A program made the position numbers and the translations under genes. From Octopus vulgaris (taxonomy: Eukaryota), in the NCBI GenBank assembly GCA_951406725.2, contig OX597818.1:80414001-80478000 (forward strand): 64,000 nt of DNA, written 5' to 3'. The notes beneath the pieces were generated by a model, which was given only the letters and a program-made list of their open reading frames with translations, was not told the DNA's origin and did no database searches. Numbering within the stretch: the stretch's first letter is position 1; the number at the start of each line of letters is the position of its first letter. Below, in pieces: positions 1 through 14,111 of the stretch.

Positions 1-159
1 GTCTATCTATCTATTTGTCTGCCTGCCTGCCTGTCAGTATGTATGTATGTATGTATGTATGTATGTATGTATGTATGTATGTATGTATGTATGTATGTAT
101 GTATGTATGTATGTATGTATGTATGCATGTATGTATGTATGTATGAACATACGTACGTA

Positions 160-828
160 CGAGGGTGGGCTGAAAAGTTCATTGACTGATTATGAAGGAG
201 TGATGCTAGAGCTGTGAAATTCTGCATGCATTAATTTCAACACTTCTTATTGATAACTGCATTATCTCTTTCCAGGTAAACTGACATCTGACGGTCCAAA
301 GAACAATTCATTAGTAACTAGTAGCTGCTTTTCTTGAAAATCGACAAAATTTGGTATCGTGGTGTTATCCTGCAGGAAAAGGGTTTAGCCTCCAAGGACA
401 TTCATGGTGACATGGTTGCTACATTAGGAGATGATGCTCCGGTTTTATCAACAATGCAAAAATGGGTAGCTGAATTTACGAGGGTAAGTGGATATCTTGA
501 AGATCGCCCAAAGTTTGGACGTCCTACAACTCCAACCAGCGAGGAAAACATTGATCGCGATCGCCAATAAATCATCTACCATCGGTTCCCCTACATGAAA
601 AAGCATTTGGCTGGGAAGCAGTATAGCAATGATGATGACGTCAAATCTACTTCTGAAGGCTATTTTGACCAACGGGATTAAAGCTTCTTCACCAACAGGA
701 TCCAGTCATTGAAACACCGACGGAAGAAATGAGTGGACGGTAAGGGAGAGTATGTTGAAAAATAAACCTCATTTGGTCACATTCCATGAGAGTATTTTGG
801 TCAGCCTATAAACTTCAGCCATCTTTCG
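160..828 (+). mobile_element. Internally deleted mariner (Tc1/mariner) element
   Basis: The left end TA-cgagggtgggctgaaaagttc is an imperfect inverted repeat of the right end tcagcctataaacttcagccatctttcg. ORF 334-570 (DIHGDMVATLGDDAP..STMQKWVAEF...LEDRPKFGRP) is a mariner N-terminal HTH. It is joined directly to C-terminal remnants (FPYMKKHLAGKQYSNDDDVK; KGEYVEK), and the DDD domain is missing. Confidence 0.85.
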
Positions 829-925
829 TCTGTCTGTCTGTCTGTATGTTTCTATGTATATACATTCACTGAAAAGTAGTTTTTCAACCCAATATTTATA
901 CATTATTATTTTTAGCTTTGTGAAT

Positions 926-1233
926 GTGCAATGGCCCAGTGGCTAGGGCAGTGGACTCGCGGTTGTAGGATCGCGGTTTCGATTCCCAGACTGGGCATTG
1001 TGAGTGTTTATTGAGCGAAAACACCTAAAAGCTCCACGAGCCTCCGGCAGGGGGTGGTGGTGATCCCTGCTGTACTCTTTCGCCACAACTTTCTCTCGTT
1101 CTTTCTTCTGTTGGCCTGCTCGCTTAGCCAGCGGGGTGGCGTCATTTGAAGGCTAAAACAATGCGAAGCGCATTATGACCAGCGATGTGTTGCAACATCT
1201 GATAGCCTAGTCGGTCACGGTGATCACGGTGAT
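926..1233 (+). mobile_element. tRNA-derived SINE (family C here)
   Basis: A-box tggcccagtgg and B-box ggtttcgattcc, followed by a unique body. The head is shared with the minus-strand element at 29097-29405. Confidence 0.75.
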
Positions 1234-1685
1234 TTTTAGCTTTATCTACTTCGAGGTCCATCATTAAAAACAAATTCTTGCATGTCTCTCGGAGTTTCTA
1301 AATTCTAATTATTAAAGCATGTAATTTTTAAACAAATATTTTAAGCGTTTTCTTGCATGGCTATGAAACGTAAACTTCATATACAAAAATTGCCTATCAG
1401 TAGAAACGATTTTAGCAATAATGTCTGGCAAATTTTACACATATATTGGGGTGACTATGTGAGTAATAATGTTAAAGTTTTGGAGTTGGCAAATGCTGAA
1501 GGCATAGAAGTTACCTAACGACAAAACAGACTGAGAATGATACATTTCGCATAAAGGATGAGAAAATGTCAAGGTATTACTCTATAGAGAGCTATGTTGT
1601 AGGAAATGACGTTGTTTTACAAAACGAGGTTAAGATACAAAGACGGACTTTAATGTGATATTAAACATAAATAATATTAATAATA

Positions 1686-1776
<91 letters not shown>

Positions 1777-1799
1777 CGACGATGACGATGATGATGATG

Positions 1800-2310
1800 A
1801 TGAAGCACACTCCAGAAAAGGTCACAGAAAATGGGAAAGCAACCATACTCTGGGATATGTCAATACACACAGATAGAGAAATTAAAAGGCCAACAGACAG
1901 GATATAGTTGTCAGAGATCACCGAGAAAAAAAATTGCTTTCTAATCAATGTATCAATACCAACAGTATTTCTCTAAAAGAAATGGAGAAACTTTCAAAAT
2001 ACAATGATCTAGAAATAGAGGTAACTCGAATGTGAAGCCTAAAAACAGAAACAATTATTATTATAGTAGGTGCATTAGGTATGACAGAAAAAAAAACATT
2101 CAGACAAATACATAGCAAAAGCACCAGGAGTTACAAGTATAAATAACATACAGAAAATAGCACTACTAGGCACCACACACATCCTACTTAAAACACTTTC
2201 TATTACTACAATCAAAGTAAGAACACCACAACAAACCACAGCACATACCCAAGGCACACAGAGCTGCGCTTGGTAGTGTAGTGAAAGCATGTGATAAAAA
2301 TAAGACTACT
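1800..2310 (+). mobile_element. 3' fragment of non-LTR retrotransposon with restriction-like endonuclease (R4/Dong-like), frameshifted
   Basis: Translates as KHTPEKVTENGKATILWDMSIHTDREIK..DIVVRD..KEMEKLSKYNDLEIEVTRM..IVGALG..IQKIALLGTTHIL (RLE domain). It lies between a (TGA)n tract and a (TAA)n tail. Confidence 0.85.
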
Positions 2311-2330
2311 GAATAATAATAATAATAATG

Positions 2331-2384
<54 letters not shown>

Positions 2385-2386
<2 letters not shown>

Positions 2387-2645
2387 GGTTGTGCCTATAA
2401 CAATTGGCACATTGGGAACTTTGAGAAAAGATAAAGGCAAATGGTTGAAGGAGATTGGAATAGAATGTCCTGTAGAGCTTCTACAGAAAGTTTGCCTTTT
2501 AGAGACAGGAAAGATTATCAGGAGGGTTTTAAGCACTTGAAAGACAAATGAAGGATTGTGGATACCTAAGGTTACAGGTAGTAACTCGCTACCCACACAA
2601 ATTCTACCAGGAATAAGGAAGAACCTGAGTCAAATCAATAATAAT
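2385..2645 (+). mobile_element. Extreme 3' end of a second RLE-type non-LTR retrotransposon
   Basis: KVVPITIGTLGTL..WLKEIGI...LLQKVCLLETGKIIRRVL* is the typical RLE C-terminus. Flanked by (TAA)n on both sides. Confidence 0.75.
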
Positions 2646-2689
2646 AATGATGGTGATGAGGGGGGGAGGAAGAGGAGGAGGATAATAAT

Positions 2690-2902
2690 GATTCTTTCTG
2701 CTATAGGCAAAAGCCTGAAGTTTTGAGGGTAGGGTTCTAGTCAGTTGCATCGTCCCAGTACTCGACTGGTAATTATTTTATCGACCCCAGAAGAATGAAA
2801 GGTAAATTGGACCCGGAGGAATTTGAACTCAAAACGTAAAGACGGACGAAATGCCACTAAGCATTTCGCCCGGCGTGCTAACAATTCTGCCAGCTAGTCG
2901 CC
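2690..2902 (-). mobile_element. tRNA-derived SINE (family B)
   Basis: Reverse complement of the ggcggcgagctggcagaa...gagttcaaattcc...gcctttcatcctttcggggtcgataaa family seen many times in this window. Confidence 0.8.
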
Positions 2903-2914
2903 TAAATATAGATG

Positions 2915-3300
2915 CAGGCACGGTTGTGTCGTTAAGAAGCCCACTTAACAACAATGTGGTTTCAGGTTCAGTCGGATAGCGCGGCACCTTAGGGAAATGT
3001 TTTCTACTCTGGCCGACCAATGCCTTGTGAGTGAATTTGTAAGACGGAAACTCTGTGAAAGCCAATCGTTAATATATATGTATGTGTGTGTGTGTTTGTG
3101 TGTGTATATATATGTGTTTGTTCCCCGCCACTCCAGCATTGGTTTGTTTACGCCCGCATAACTTTAGCGGTTTGATAAAAGGATTGATAGATAAGTACTG
3201 GTGATAAATAAGTACTTGTTCGACTAAACTTTCAAAGACGGTGCGCCATCATGGCTGCAGTCCAATGACTGAAACAAGTATAGGATAAAAGATAAAAGAT
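2915..3300 (+). mobile_element. tRNA-derived SINE (family A), diverged
   Basis: Matches family A (ggttcagtc..caccttgggcaagtgtc..gacggaaact..internal microsatellite..atgactgaaacaagta). Confidence 0.75.
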
Positions 3301-3657
3301 ATATCGCTAGATAAATGTCGAAATATTAGGAGTAAAAACACGCTCGATTTCCTTTGTAGATAATGTAAGAAGCGTGCTCGGGTAACCGAATTTAATATTA
3401 AAAATATAATCTAATATTCGCTGTTAGAATGAGCTGGTATAATAACCATACGAATAATCACTTTACCGAAAATAATTCACATGTGCAAAGCCATTAGGAG
3501 ATGTGCTCAATAGAAATGAAAAAAAATGAAAAATAAATAGATGGTTTAGAGCAATAATGAATTGTTATGTAAATACAGCTAAATTAATGAGACTTTTCAA
3601 CGTGGAACTATATATTGAAGTAAGTTCAATAACAATCTAAAGATATTAGCTTTAGAG

Positions 3658-3710
<53 letters not shown>

Positions 3711-3712
<2 letters not shown>

Positions 3713-3871
3713 CGCAGGAGCGGCTGCGAGGTAAAAAGGTGGCTTCCCAACCACGTGGTTCCAGGTTCAGTCCCAGTGCGCGGCATCTTGGGCAAGTGTC
3801 GTTTACTATAGCTTCGGGCCAACCAAAGCTTCTGAGTGGATTTGGTAGATGGAAACTGAAAGAAGCTAGTC

Positions 3872-3919
<48 letters not shown>

Positions 3920-4145
3920 ATGTATGCGTGTCTTTGTGTCTGTGCTTGTCCCCCTACCATCGCTTGACAACCGATAATGGTGTGTTTATGTCCCCGTAAC
4001 TTAGCAGCTCGGAAGATAAAACCGATAGAATAAGTACCAGGCTTACAAAGAATAAGTTCAGGGTTCGATTTCTTCAACTAAAAGGCGATACTCCAGCGTG
4101 GCCTCAGTCAAATGACTTAAGCAAGTATAAGAATAAGAGCATAAA
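3711..4145 (+). mobile_element. tRNA-derived SINE (family A), full length
   Basis: Head ggcgcaggag..ggttcagtccca, body, internal (TG)n, tail aaatgact..aagta. Confidence 0.85.
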
Positions 4146-4687
4146 AGAATATATATATATATATATACACACATACACACACATACACATATACGCACAC
4201 ACAGAGACACATACACACATAAGTACAGCTGAATTAAAGAAACACTTCAATGGGAGGGTATATTGAAATAAATAAAAGTCAAAACTTGAAGAGCACATGG
4301 TTCTTTCATCAGTACTAATAAAGACAAGATCGTGTCACAGACGACATAAAACACTCTTTATCTATATACATATAAAACTGAGAATCTCTGTCTGTCTGTC
4401 TGGTGTCTGTATGTGTGCATCACTAAAACTTAAGAACTACCCAACCGATTTCATTCAAATTTTACACATTCACTACTTTGGGTCCATGGAATGTCATGGG
4501 CCAAAACAATTTTCAAATTTTTGCTTAATGCAAGCCCAGAGTGTTTCCGTATTACGTGTCAAAGTGAAACAATAACATCTCTATTGTAATGTGATTTCGG
4601 TTTTGATAGTTTTACTATTAATACTTTCACTATGTATATCTTATATACATCATTTTTTATATTTAGATGTATACATGCATAAATATG

Positions 4688-4742
<55 letters not shown>

Positions 4743-5269
4743 ATATATACGTGTGTATATACGTGTGTGTATGTGTGTATATATACATTTATGTATACAT
4801 ATACATATGTATATATACATACATATATATGTATATATACATATATATATGTATATATACATATATATACATATATATGTATATATATGTACATATATAC
4901 ATGTATATATATATATATACATATGCATACATATATATGTATATATACATATATGTGTATATATATATATATATGAACATATATACATGTATATATACAT
5001 ATATATACATGTATATATACATAGATATATATCTGTATATACATTCATATCTATGTATATACACATATATATGTGTGCATATATATATGCATATATATAC
5101 ATGTACATATATGTATGCATATATAATTATATATATGTATATACATGTATGTATATATACATGTATATATATATATATACATATATACATGTATACATGT
5201 ATATATATGCATATATATGTATATATATACATATATATATATATATTTATATATATATATATATATATA

Positions 5270-5602
<333 letters not shown>

Positions 5603-5609
5603 CACACAC

Positions 5610-5657
<48 letters not shown>

Positions 5658-5928
5658 AATTAATAAATAAATAAAACATATGCATATATACATACATATA
5701 TGTAGTACCTACCTCTACATGTATATATACATGCATAAATGGGTACATAAATGGGAACATAAACACAAAACCAAGGAAACGGACATTTTTCTTAAACAAC
5801 GAAAAAATAGAGTACAGGACATACAAAACAAGAAAAATTCCCCTTCTTCAGTCGCGTTTGTTTCATCTACTCCACGTTTCGAAGGTCAAGGCGATACATG
5901 ACTTTAATGAAACTTCCTTCCCGCGAAA

Positions 5929-6335
<407 letters not shown>

Positions 6336-6690
6336 AAAGTATGCTATTTTAATCCTGAGCAACGCCGGGTATCTCTGCTTGTAAGATATAAAGATATAAA
6401 GCATATTTTATTGTATTGTCTGATTACATTTTTAATTAACTCATCGTTTCATTTACAATTTAAACGTTTTTTCTTATTTAATATAGTATCATATTATTGC
6501 TATAAACTTCTATTTTTTTCAGTTTTGTCGCACTGTGCAAAAGAAATATTCTATTTAATTCTACAGCATACACCCATACGCACATACTTTTATACATACA
6601 TACACACATACATATATACATACACATACATACATACATACGTATATACATACACATATACATATATATATACATACATACATACATACA

Positions 6691-6721
<31 letters not shown>

Positions 6722-7276
6722 CAATTCTACCTGTCGACTGTTCAAAACATCTAACGACAATCTGGTAATGTAATCATGTAATATAAATAAAACAACTAAA
6801 TAACCTTGCTATGGAAAAGTACGAAACAGTTTGATCATCTATATTCTTATTTTTATATAGATATACACATAAATACATTCATACATACATACGTATGTAC
6901 GTACGTATTGTATCTCTTATTATAAAAGGCAGATTTTATCTGCCTCCCTTTGTCTCTTATAGAAATCTACAATATAGGACTTCTTCAATTACAATTTACC
7001 TAGCATTTTTAAGAGTAGAATGCATCGGGTCTTGCCAGGTTCACTTTTTAAAATTTCAACCCCAATTAAGCAAAATTTAGAGAAAACTCACATTGTGGTG
7101 TATAAGGCAAATGCTTTTCTTAGTGTGGGCTACAGCACACGCACACGCACACACACAGTGTGCAACGAATAAAGTGAAAGTAATTCACTTTTTGTAGTGA
7201 CTGACTCTTTCACTCTGCATTCCCACTTCCTCTTTACACACATAGACACGCAAATATATAAATAAAATTGTAAGCT

Positions 7277-7378
<102 letters not shown>

Positions 7379-7391
7379 AGTGTGTGACAGG

Positions 7392-8072
7392 AAAGTTTTT
7401 TAGGACGAATATAAGACCTAAAGTATATCCAAGTAGCAGAAAGATCACCCGAAAGTGTATATAGATATTTAAATGTATTTATATATTCATCTATACACAG
7501 ATGTATGTATAATGTGTGTGTATATATTTCCATAGAGGTAACCTTTCACTCCATACAAAGTTTTTTAGGACGAATATAAGATCTAAAGTATATACAAGTA
7601 GCAGAAAGATCGCCCAAAAGTATATATAGATATTTAAATGTATTTATATATTCATCTATACACAGATGTATGTATAATGTGTGTGTATATATTTCCATAC
7701 ACGTAACCATTCACTCCGCACAAAGTTTTTTGGGACGAAAATAAGATCTAAAGTTATCTCTAAGTAGCACAAAGATCGCCCAAAAGTGTATATAGATATA
7801 TAAATGTATTTATATATTCATCTATGCAAACATGTATGTATAACGTGTGTGTATATATTTCTATAGAGGTAACCATTCACTCCATACAAAGTTTTTAGGA
7901 CGAAAATAAGATCTAAAGTTATCTCTAAGAAACACAAAGATCGCCCAAAAGTGTATATAGATATTTAAATGTATTTATATATTCATCTATACACACATGT
8001 ATGTATAATGTGCGTGTATATATTTCCATAGAGGTAACCATTCAATCCATACAAAGTTTTTTAGGACGAAAA
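7392..8072 (+). repeat. Minisatellite, ~165-bp unit, ~4.1 copies
   Basis: The unit start aaagttttt(t)aggacgaa recurs at ~7392, 7557, 7722, 7888 and 8053. Confidence 0.95.
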
Positions 8073-8321
8073 TATTTATATATAAAAGAAAGGTTGTGTG
8101 TCTGTCTACTCCGATTTAGATTCCTAACTACTCCCACATTTTGCGATGCAGTTTAACCAAAACCGGGTATCTTATAGTCGTGATTCATATCGAGCCCTTC
8201 TGGGTATTAGCGCGCGTCTACGATGAGTCTATGATTTTACAAATAATTTACCATCATTTTTTTCCATTTTAATGCATATTTTTTTAAATAAAGGGAAGTA
8301 ACTCTCAAACTTCACACCAAT

Positions 8322-8815
8322 ATGCGTGCTCATATGCGACGTAATATCACATCAGCAGCATTTCCTCACACCCTCCTTGCACTTGGCGAAAGCAAAATAC
8401 CAGGGGATGAAAATGGTAATATTGCCATCGATTCCATTTGTACCATTGTTAAGACGCCTTCTGATCTCAGAGATGCAGTGTTCCCAGATCTACAAGCTAA
8501 TTATCAGAATATGGATTGGATTGGCAAAAAGGCTATACTGGCCCCGAGGAATTAAACTGTTCACCATATTAATGATGAAATGCTAAAACTCATTCCTGGG
8601 GAAGTCTATGTATATCAGTCTATCGATACAACTCCTGACCCAGAGGACGTCATCAACTATCCAATAGAGGTACTCAATTCCTTTGAGCACTCCGGACTAC
8701 CACCACACTTTCTCAAACTTAAAGTTGCTGCTCCTATAATGCTCATCAGAAATTTGGTTCCCCCAAAACAATGCAATGGCACACGTTTGATCGTTAAGTC
8801 CTTATCTCCCACCGT
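8322..8815 (+). pseudogene. Helitron RepHel PIF1-like helicase fragment (premature stop at 8553-8555)
   Basis: NMR..; DLRDAVFPDLQANYQNMDWIGKKAILAPRN*; YQSIDT..INYPIEVLNSFEHSGLPPHFLKLKVAAPIMLIRNLVPPKQCNGTRLIVKSL. These are hallmark Helitron helicase motifs. Confidence 0.92.
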
Positions 8816-9351
8816 AAACTTATATCAATATTTGCCTGAATAATCATCATAATTCAGTGCAAGTATTAACAGTACTTTCAAGCAATTCAGCTCCGAGCAA
8901 CGCCGGGCAATTCTGCTAGTGTTTGTATAAAGCTGTGTAAATTTATAGTTTGCACGTTAGTGTACACGCAAACGTGCAAAGACCTTCGTCACAGAAACTG
9001 GATCGGAAAAGAAGCTCTCCTTACAGATAATGCGTGTGAAAACCCATTTGAGCTGGACCACGAATGATTTCCTCAGCTACAGACATCAATATATCATTCA
9101 TTGCTCAACTAGTTGTTTTCATACGTTGTCTCAGAGAAGAAAACTGTTTCCGAAACAGTTTTTGCAGCGGAGATCATTCCCCGTTTGAGTGAACATGAAT
9201 TGCTTCAGTTTATTTTAGTGTGCTTTAAATTAATTGATGAATGAATGAATGAATTAATTAATTCCTGTTTGACTAAGCTTTGCACGCCTCAGCAAATTTA
9301 ATATTTGCTGTTTACATATAAGAAAAGCATTTCTTAGTGAACAATGAACGA

Positions 9352-9419
9352 TGGATTCGATATCTGGAGCTGATGAAGGGTAAAAACTAAGAAATACGTG
9401 TTCTACAGTTCGATATCCA
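9352..9419 (+). ncRNA. Type I hammerhead-ribozyme-like motif
   Basis: CUGAUGA (9370-9376) ... GAAA-UACGUG-UU. Helix I: GGAU/AUCC, UCGA/UCGA, CUG/CAG, AG/CU. Helix II is weak. Confidence 0.6.
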
Positions 9420-9825
9420 ATGCCGAGTTTCAAATAACTGCAATGGTGAAACGTACGTCGGAATTATATATTTATTTTATTTTAATTTGCCACAATGTTT
9501 CTGTGAGAATGCATGTGTGTATGTATGCACGTATGAGTATGTGCATGTATATATGTATGCTATGTATGCATATATGTGAATGTATGTGTGATTGTATATG
9601 TATGCTTAAGAGTTTGCAAGGTCAAATGTTTTTCAGTGTTAGTGTGTGCGTATAATGTATAGAGAATGCACGAGTGCGCTGACAGAATGAATACACACAC
9701 ACATACAAATATCTATGTATGTATATAGTTAATCCAAACAAGAAAACACAAAAAAACACAACAACGCGAGGACGTGGAACAAATATAGTATTATTGGACG
9801 CTCAGGAAAGAAAGGAAGAAGGAGG

Positions 9826-9860
9826 GTTTAACGTTTCGAGCGGAGCTCTTCGTCGGAAAC
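9826..9860 (-). ncRNA. Minimal hammerhead variant in a Penelope-like terminal remnant (~9728-9930)
   Basis: Minus strand GUUU CCGACGA A GAGC ucc GCUC GAAAC GUU AAAC. Helices I and II are perfect and helix III is the palindrome AACGUU. Confidence 0.7.
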
Positions 9861-9928
9861 ATAGGAGAAGGAAAGATCCCGAGAAGGGAAGACAGAGGAA
9901 AATAATATCGCCAATGGTACACACGAGG

Positions 9929-9994
<66 letters not shown>

Positions 9995-10037
9995 ACACAT
10001 ATATATACATGTACGTATATATATGTATATATATATA

Positions 10038-10091
<54 letters not shown>

Positions 10092-10264
10092 GAGGGAGAG
10101 AGAAAGGGAGAGAGTGATGTGCATCTGTTTCTATGTGGGGGTGTATATTTTGGTGCACATTTAATTATCTACTAATCTTATCTTGAAATCAATTTTATCC
10201 CCTCCTCTATTTCAACCTTATTCTATCACAGACGTTCTCTCTCCCCCTCCATGCACACACACAA

Positions 10265-10299
<35 letters not shown>

Positions 10300-10476
10300 C
10301 TCTCTCTCTCTCTCTCTCTCTCGCTCTGTCCCTCCCTCTCGCGAAGATATATATACTTCTACTCAAACACTAACTTCATTCCACCCACACGCATAAACTC
10401 ACACTCGTACACATGTACAAGTATATATAACGGGAATATATAGACACTCACACACAGGTACACATACATAGGTACC

Positions 10477-10566
<90 letters not shown>

Positions 10567-10833
10567 TATACGTACACATATACATACATATACACACATA
10601 TATACGTACGCATATACACTCACATTTACGCATACATACACACAGATATACGTACATGCACACACATATATACATATGTACATATATACATATATATATA
10701 CACGCGTACATATGCACTTATAAACACATCTACGCACACATATACAAATACACATATACAAATACACATACATACACAACCCATTAATTCACTCTTTAAC
10801 TACGTTATCCCCACATTCAACCACTTCCCCTTG

Positions 10834-10873
<40 letters not shown>

Positions 10874-11879
10874 ACAGCCACACATCCACACTCGCACACA
10901 TACATATTTATAAACCTACATTCAATTCCATCACACACAAAATGCTCCATCTCCCCATCCCCATTCACTCATTCAATCATTCGACTAGTAAAAGACCAAA
11001 CCACCCATACAGATGCTGGCCCCCACCCCACAAAGCTGCTATCCACCCGCTGTGTTTAATGCGATATTTGCCGACATTTAAAGCGGGAAACAAGACAAGC
11101 GTTTCAACGTTTCGACGTCTAAATCAGGTGGCTTGGTTTGCTTCTGAAGAAATCACAAGGGCGTCACGTGACGTCTGGTATCGATGGTATTGACAGATAT
11201 ACTCTTCCGGTAGCTTCTGTTTCCAGCCCCAAAACACAACCACCACCACAACCGTCACCACCACCACCAAAAAAGAAAAAAAAAAGAAAAGCAACCACCT
11301 TTCAGACTTAACTTCCTCACTCATCGAGGCTACATCTATCGTTGCTACCACCACCACCACAATCACCACCACAACCACAACCACCACCACCACCACCAAA
11401 ACCACCTCCACCACCACCACCACCACCACCACCACCGCCGCCGCCGCCGCCGCACCTTCCACAAAAACAGCACCAACCTGCTAATACTATTACAGTCACC
11501 ACCCCCATCCCCACTACTACAGCAGTAAGAACAACAACAACAACTACTACTACTACAGTCACCACCACCACTGCACTACCACCAATCCCAACATCACCAA
11601 CACCACTATCATACAACCAGCTCCTTTATAATGGACGCCACCATCTCTCTGAAATGTTACGATAATTCTGCGTTCAGGAGTTCTCTCCCCATACTTGACC
11701 CCCTCTCCTTCCTCCCTACTATCGCCATACCCACACCTAGCTTCCGGTATTTTCCTTACTGAACTTCCGCCGAAAAATATTAGTCTTCTTGTTCCTCTTC
11801 TTGCTCTTATTGCGATGAGTTTTTTGTTGTTGTAAGAAACAAATCACCACTACCACAACCATCATCATCATTATTATTA

Positions 11880-11941
<62 letters not shown>

Positions 11942-12071
11942 GTTGTTGTTATTAAATCCCCACACTTTATGTCTGTCTCTGTATTGTCCCCTTCATCCTT
12001 CGCCCTTGTGGCAAATAAATGAAATTATTATTATTGTAAACCCTTGTGGTTAATAAAGAAATCACCATCAC

Positions 12072-12124
<53 letters not shown>

Positions 12125-12274
12125 GTAGTAGTTGTAGTAGTAGTAGTAGTAGTGTTGATGATGCTGTTGGTAGTGGCAGGCAAGCTGGTTGCTATGGTGC
12201 TGAAGTTGATAAACAGAAATTATTATTGTTTTTCACGTAAACCCTTGTAGCGATTATAAAGAAATCACCATCAC

Positions 12275-12306
<32 letters not shown>

Positions 12307-12463
12307 GTAGTAGTAGTAGTAGTAGTAGTGTTGATGATGCTGTTGGTAGTGGCAGGCAAGCTGGTTGCTATGGTACTGAAGTTGATATTAATATTTGCAG
12401 ATACTATTAACTTTCCCCTCTATATACACTCATACATGTACATGCTTATATATATATATATAC

Positions 12464-12546
<83 letters not shown>

Positions 12547-12553
12547 GTATATA

Positions 12554-12609
<56 letters not shown>

Positions 12610-12958
12610 ATGTATGTATACATATGCACATGTATCTGTTTCCGTATATATAAATACATATCAATAAGTGCATATGTATGTGTGTACATGTATGTATGTA
12701 TGTATGTATGTATGTATGTATGTATGTATGTATGTATGTATGTATGTACGTACGCAATCTTTTACAACCAGTGAAATGTATTTACTGTCGGATTTCGCGT
12801 GTATTAAAAGTTCGGCTCTACTGAAAGTAGAGAATGGTTAATTGGACAAGTTGGATGGTTAGGAATGGTATCAATATATTTGGACATGAAGAAAAACCGA
12901 TAATATTAGCTAGACAGGAGAAGACTTGTTTAGAAATATCTTCCCCTCTCCTCGACAC

Positions 12959-12999
<41 letters not shown>

Positions 13000-13034
13000 G
13001 CTTGCTCGCTTACTCACACTAATTCTATCTCTAT

Positions 13035-13066
<32 letters not shown>

Positions 13067-13575
13067 CACATATATATAAACATACATACACTCATTTACA
13101 CACATAAATATATATATATATATATACATTTACACGTACGTAAACACCTAAATATATGCATACATATGTGCGTGTGTATATGTATATATGTGTGTGTTAT
13201 ACATATGTATATATATGCATATATACATATATATATACATATATATATACATATATACATATATATGTTTATATGTATGTGTATATATATATATATATAT
13301 GTATACACACACACACAAACACACACACACGCACGCACACACACACACACACACACGCACACACATACACACACACACACACACACATATACATATATAT
13401 ATATACATATATATACACGTACATATGTACATATATGCGAAATAAAGAAATATGGTATTGGCGATTTAGAAAATTGTTAGAGTTAGACAAATCAGGCAAA
13501 TAAATGGGAAGATTATGTAAACGTCCGACCCAGTCTAATATATCACACGCACACCTACATACACACACACACGTA

Positions 13576-13660
<85 letters not shown>

Positions 13661-14111
13661 ACACACCAAGTTATGTGTACGATTGTATACATATAATACA
13701 GAATATAGATATATTATTCTATATATCATAATCGCAACTCTAAGCAAACGCATATGCGCGCATTCTAGCTGCTTATATACATACACAGTAATCGGTTTGC
13801 TGTCTAGAAATGTTACTATAAATTACAGCGCTAAATGAAACATTGCAATGCAGGTTCATTATAACACAGTATAGAAATTCGTGTTTGACAGGTTATTTTT
13901 AACAGTGATACGATAATGAATGAACGTGAAAGGATATCAGCAATCTGCTGAACAATCCATAGATTTGCTGCCGTATTCTCTTATACGCTTCTTTGTCTTC
14001 TACTTGTTTTGGTCAATGAACTGCAGATATGTTGAGGGCAACGTGTTGGAAGATGTTTTATTCAAACAAAGCGACCCTGCTACTAATTTAAATTTTTTTT
14101 TACATTCCGTA

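Noticed and set aside
11342-11665. Pro/Thr-rich ORF
   Set aside because: Derived from ACC/GCC/ACT triplet repeats, with no ATG start or splice support.
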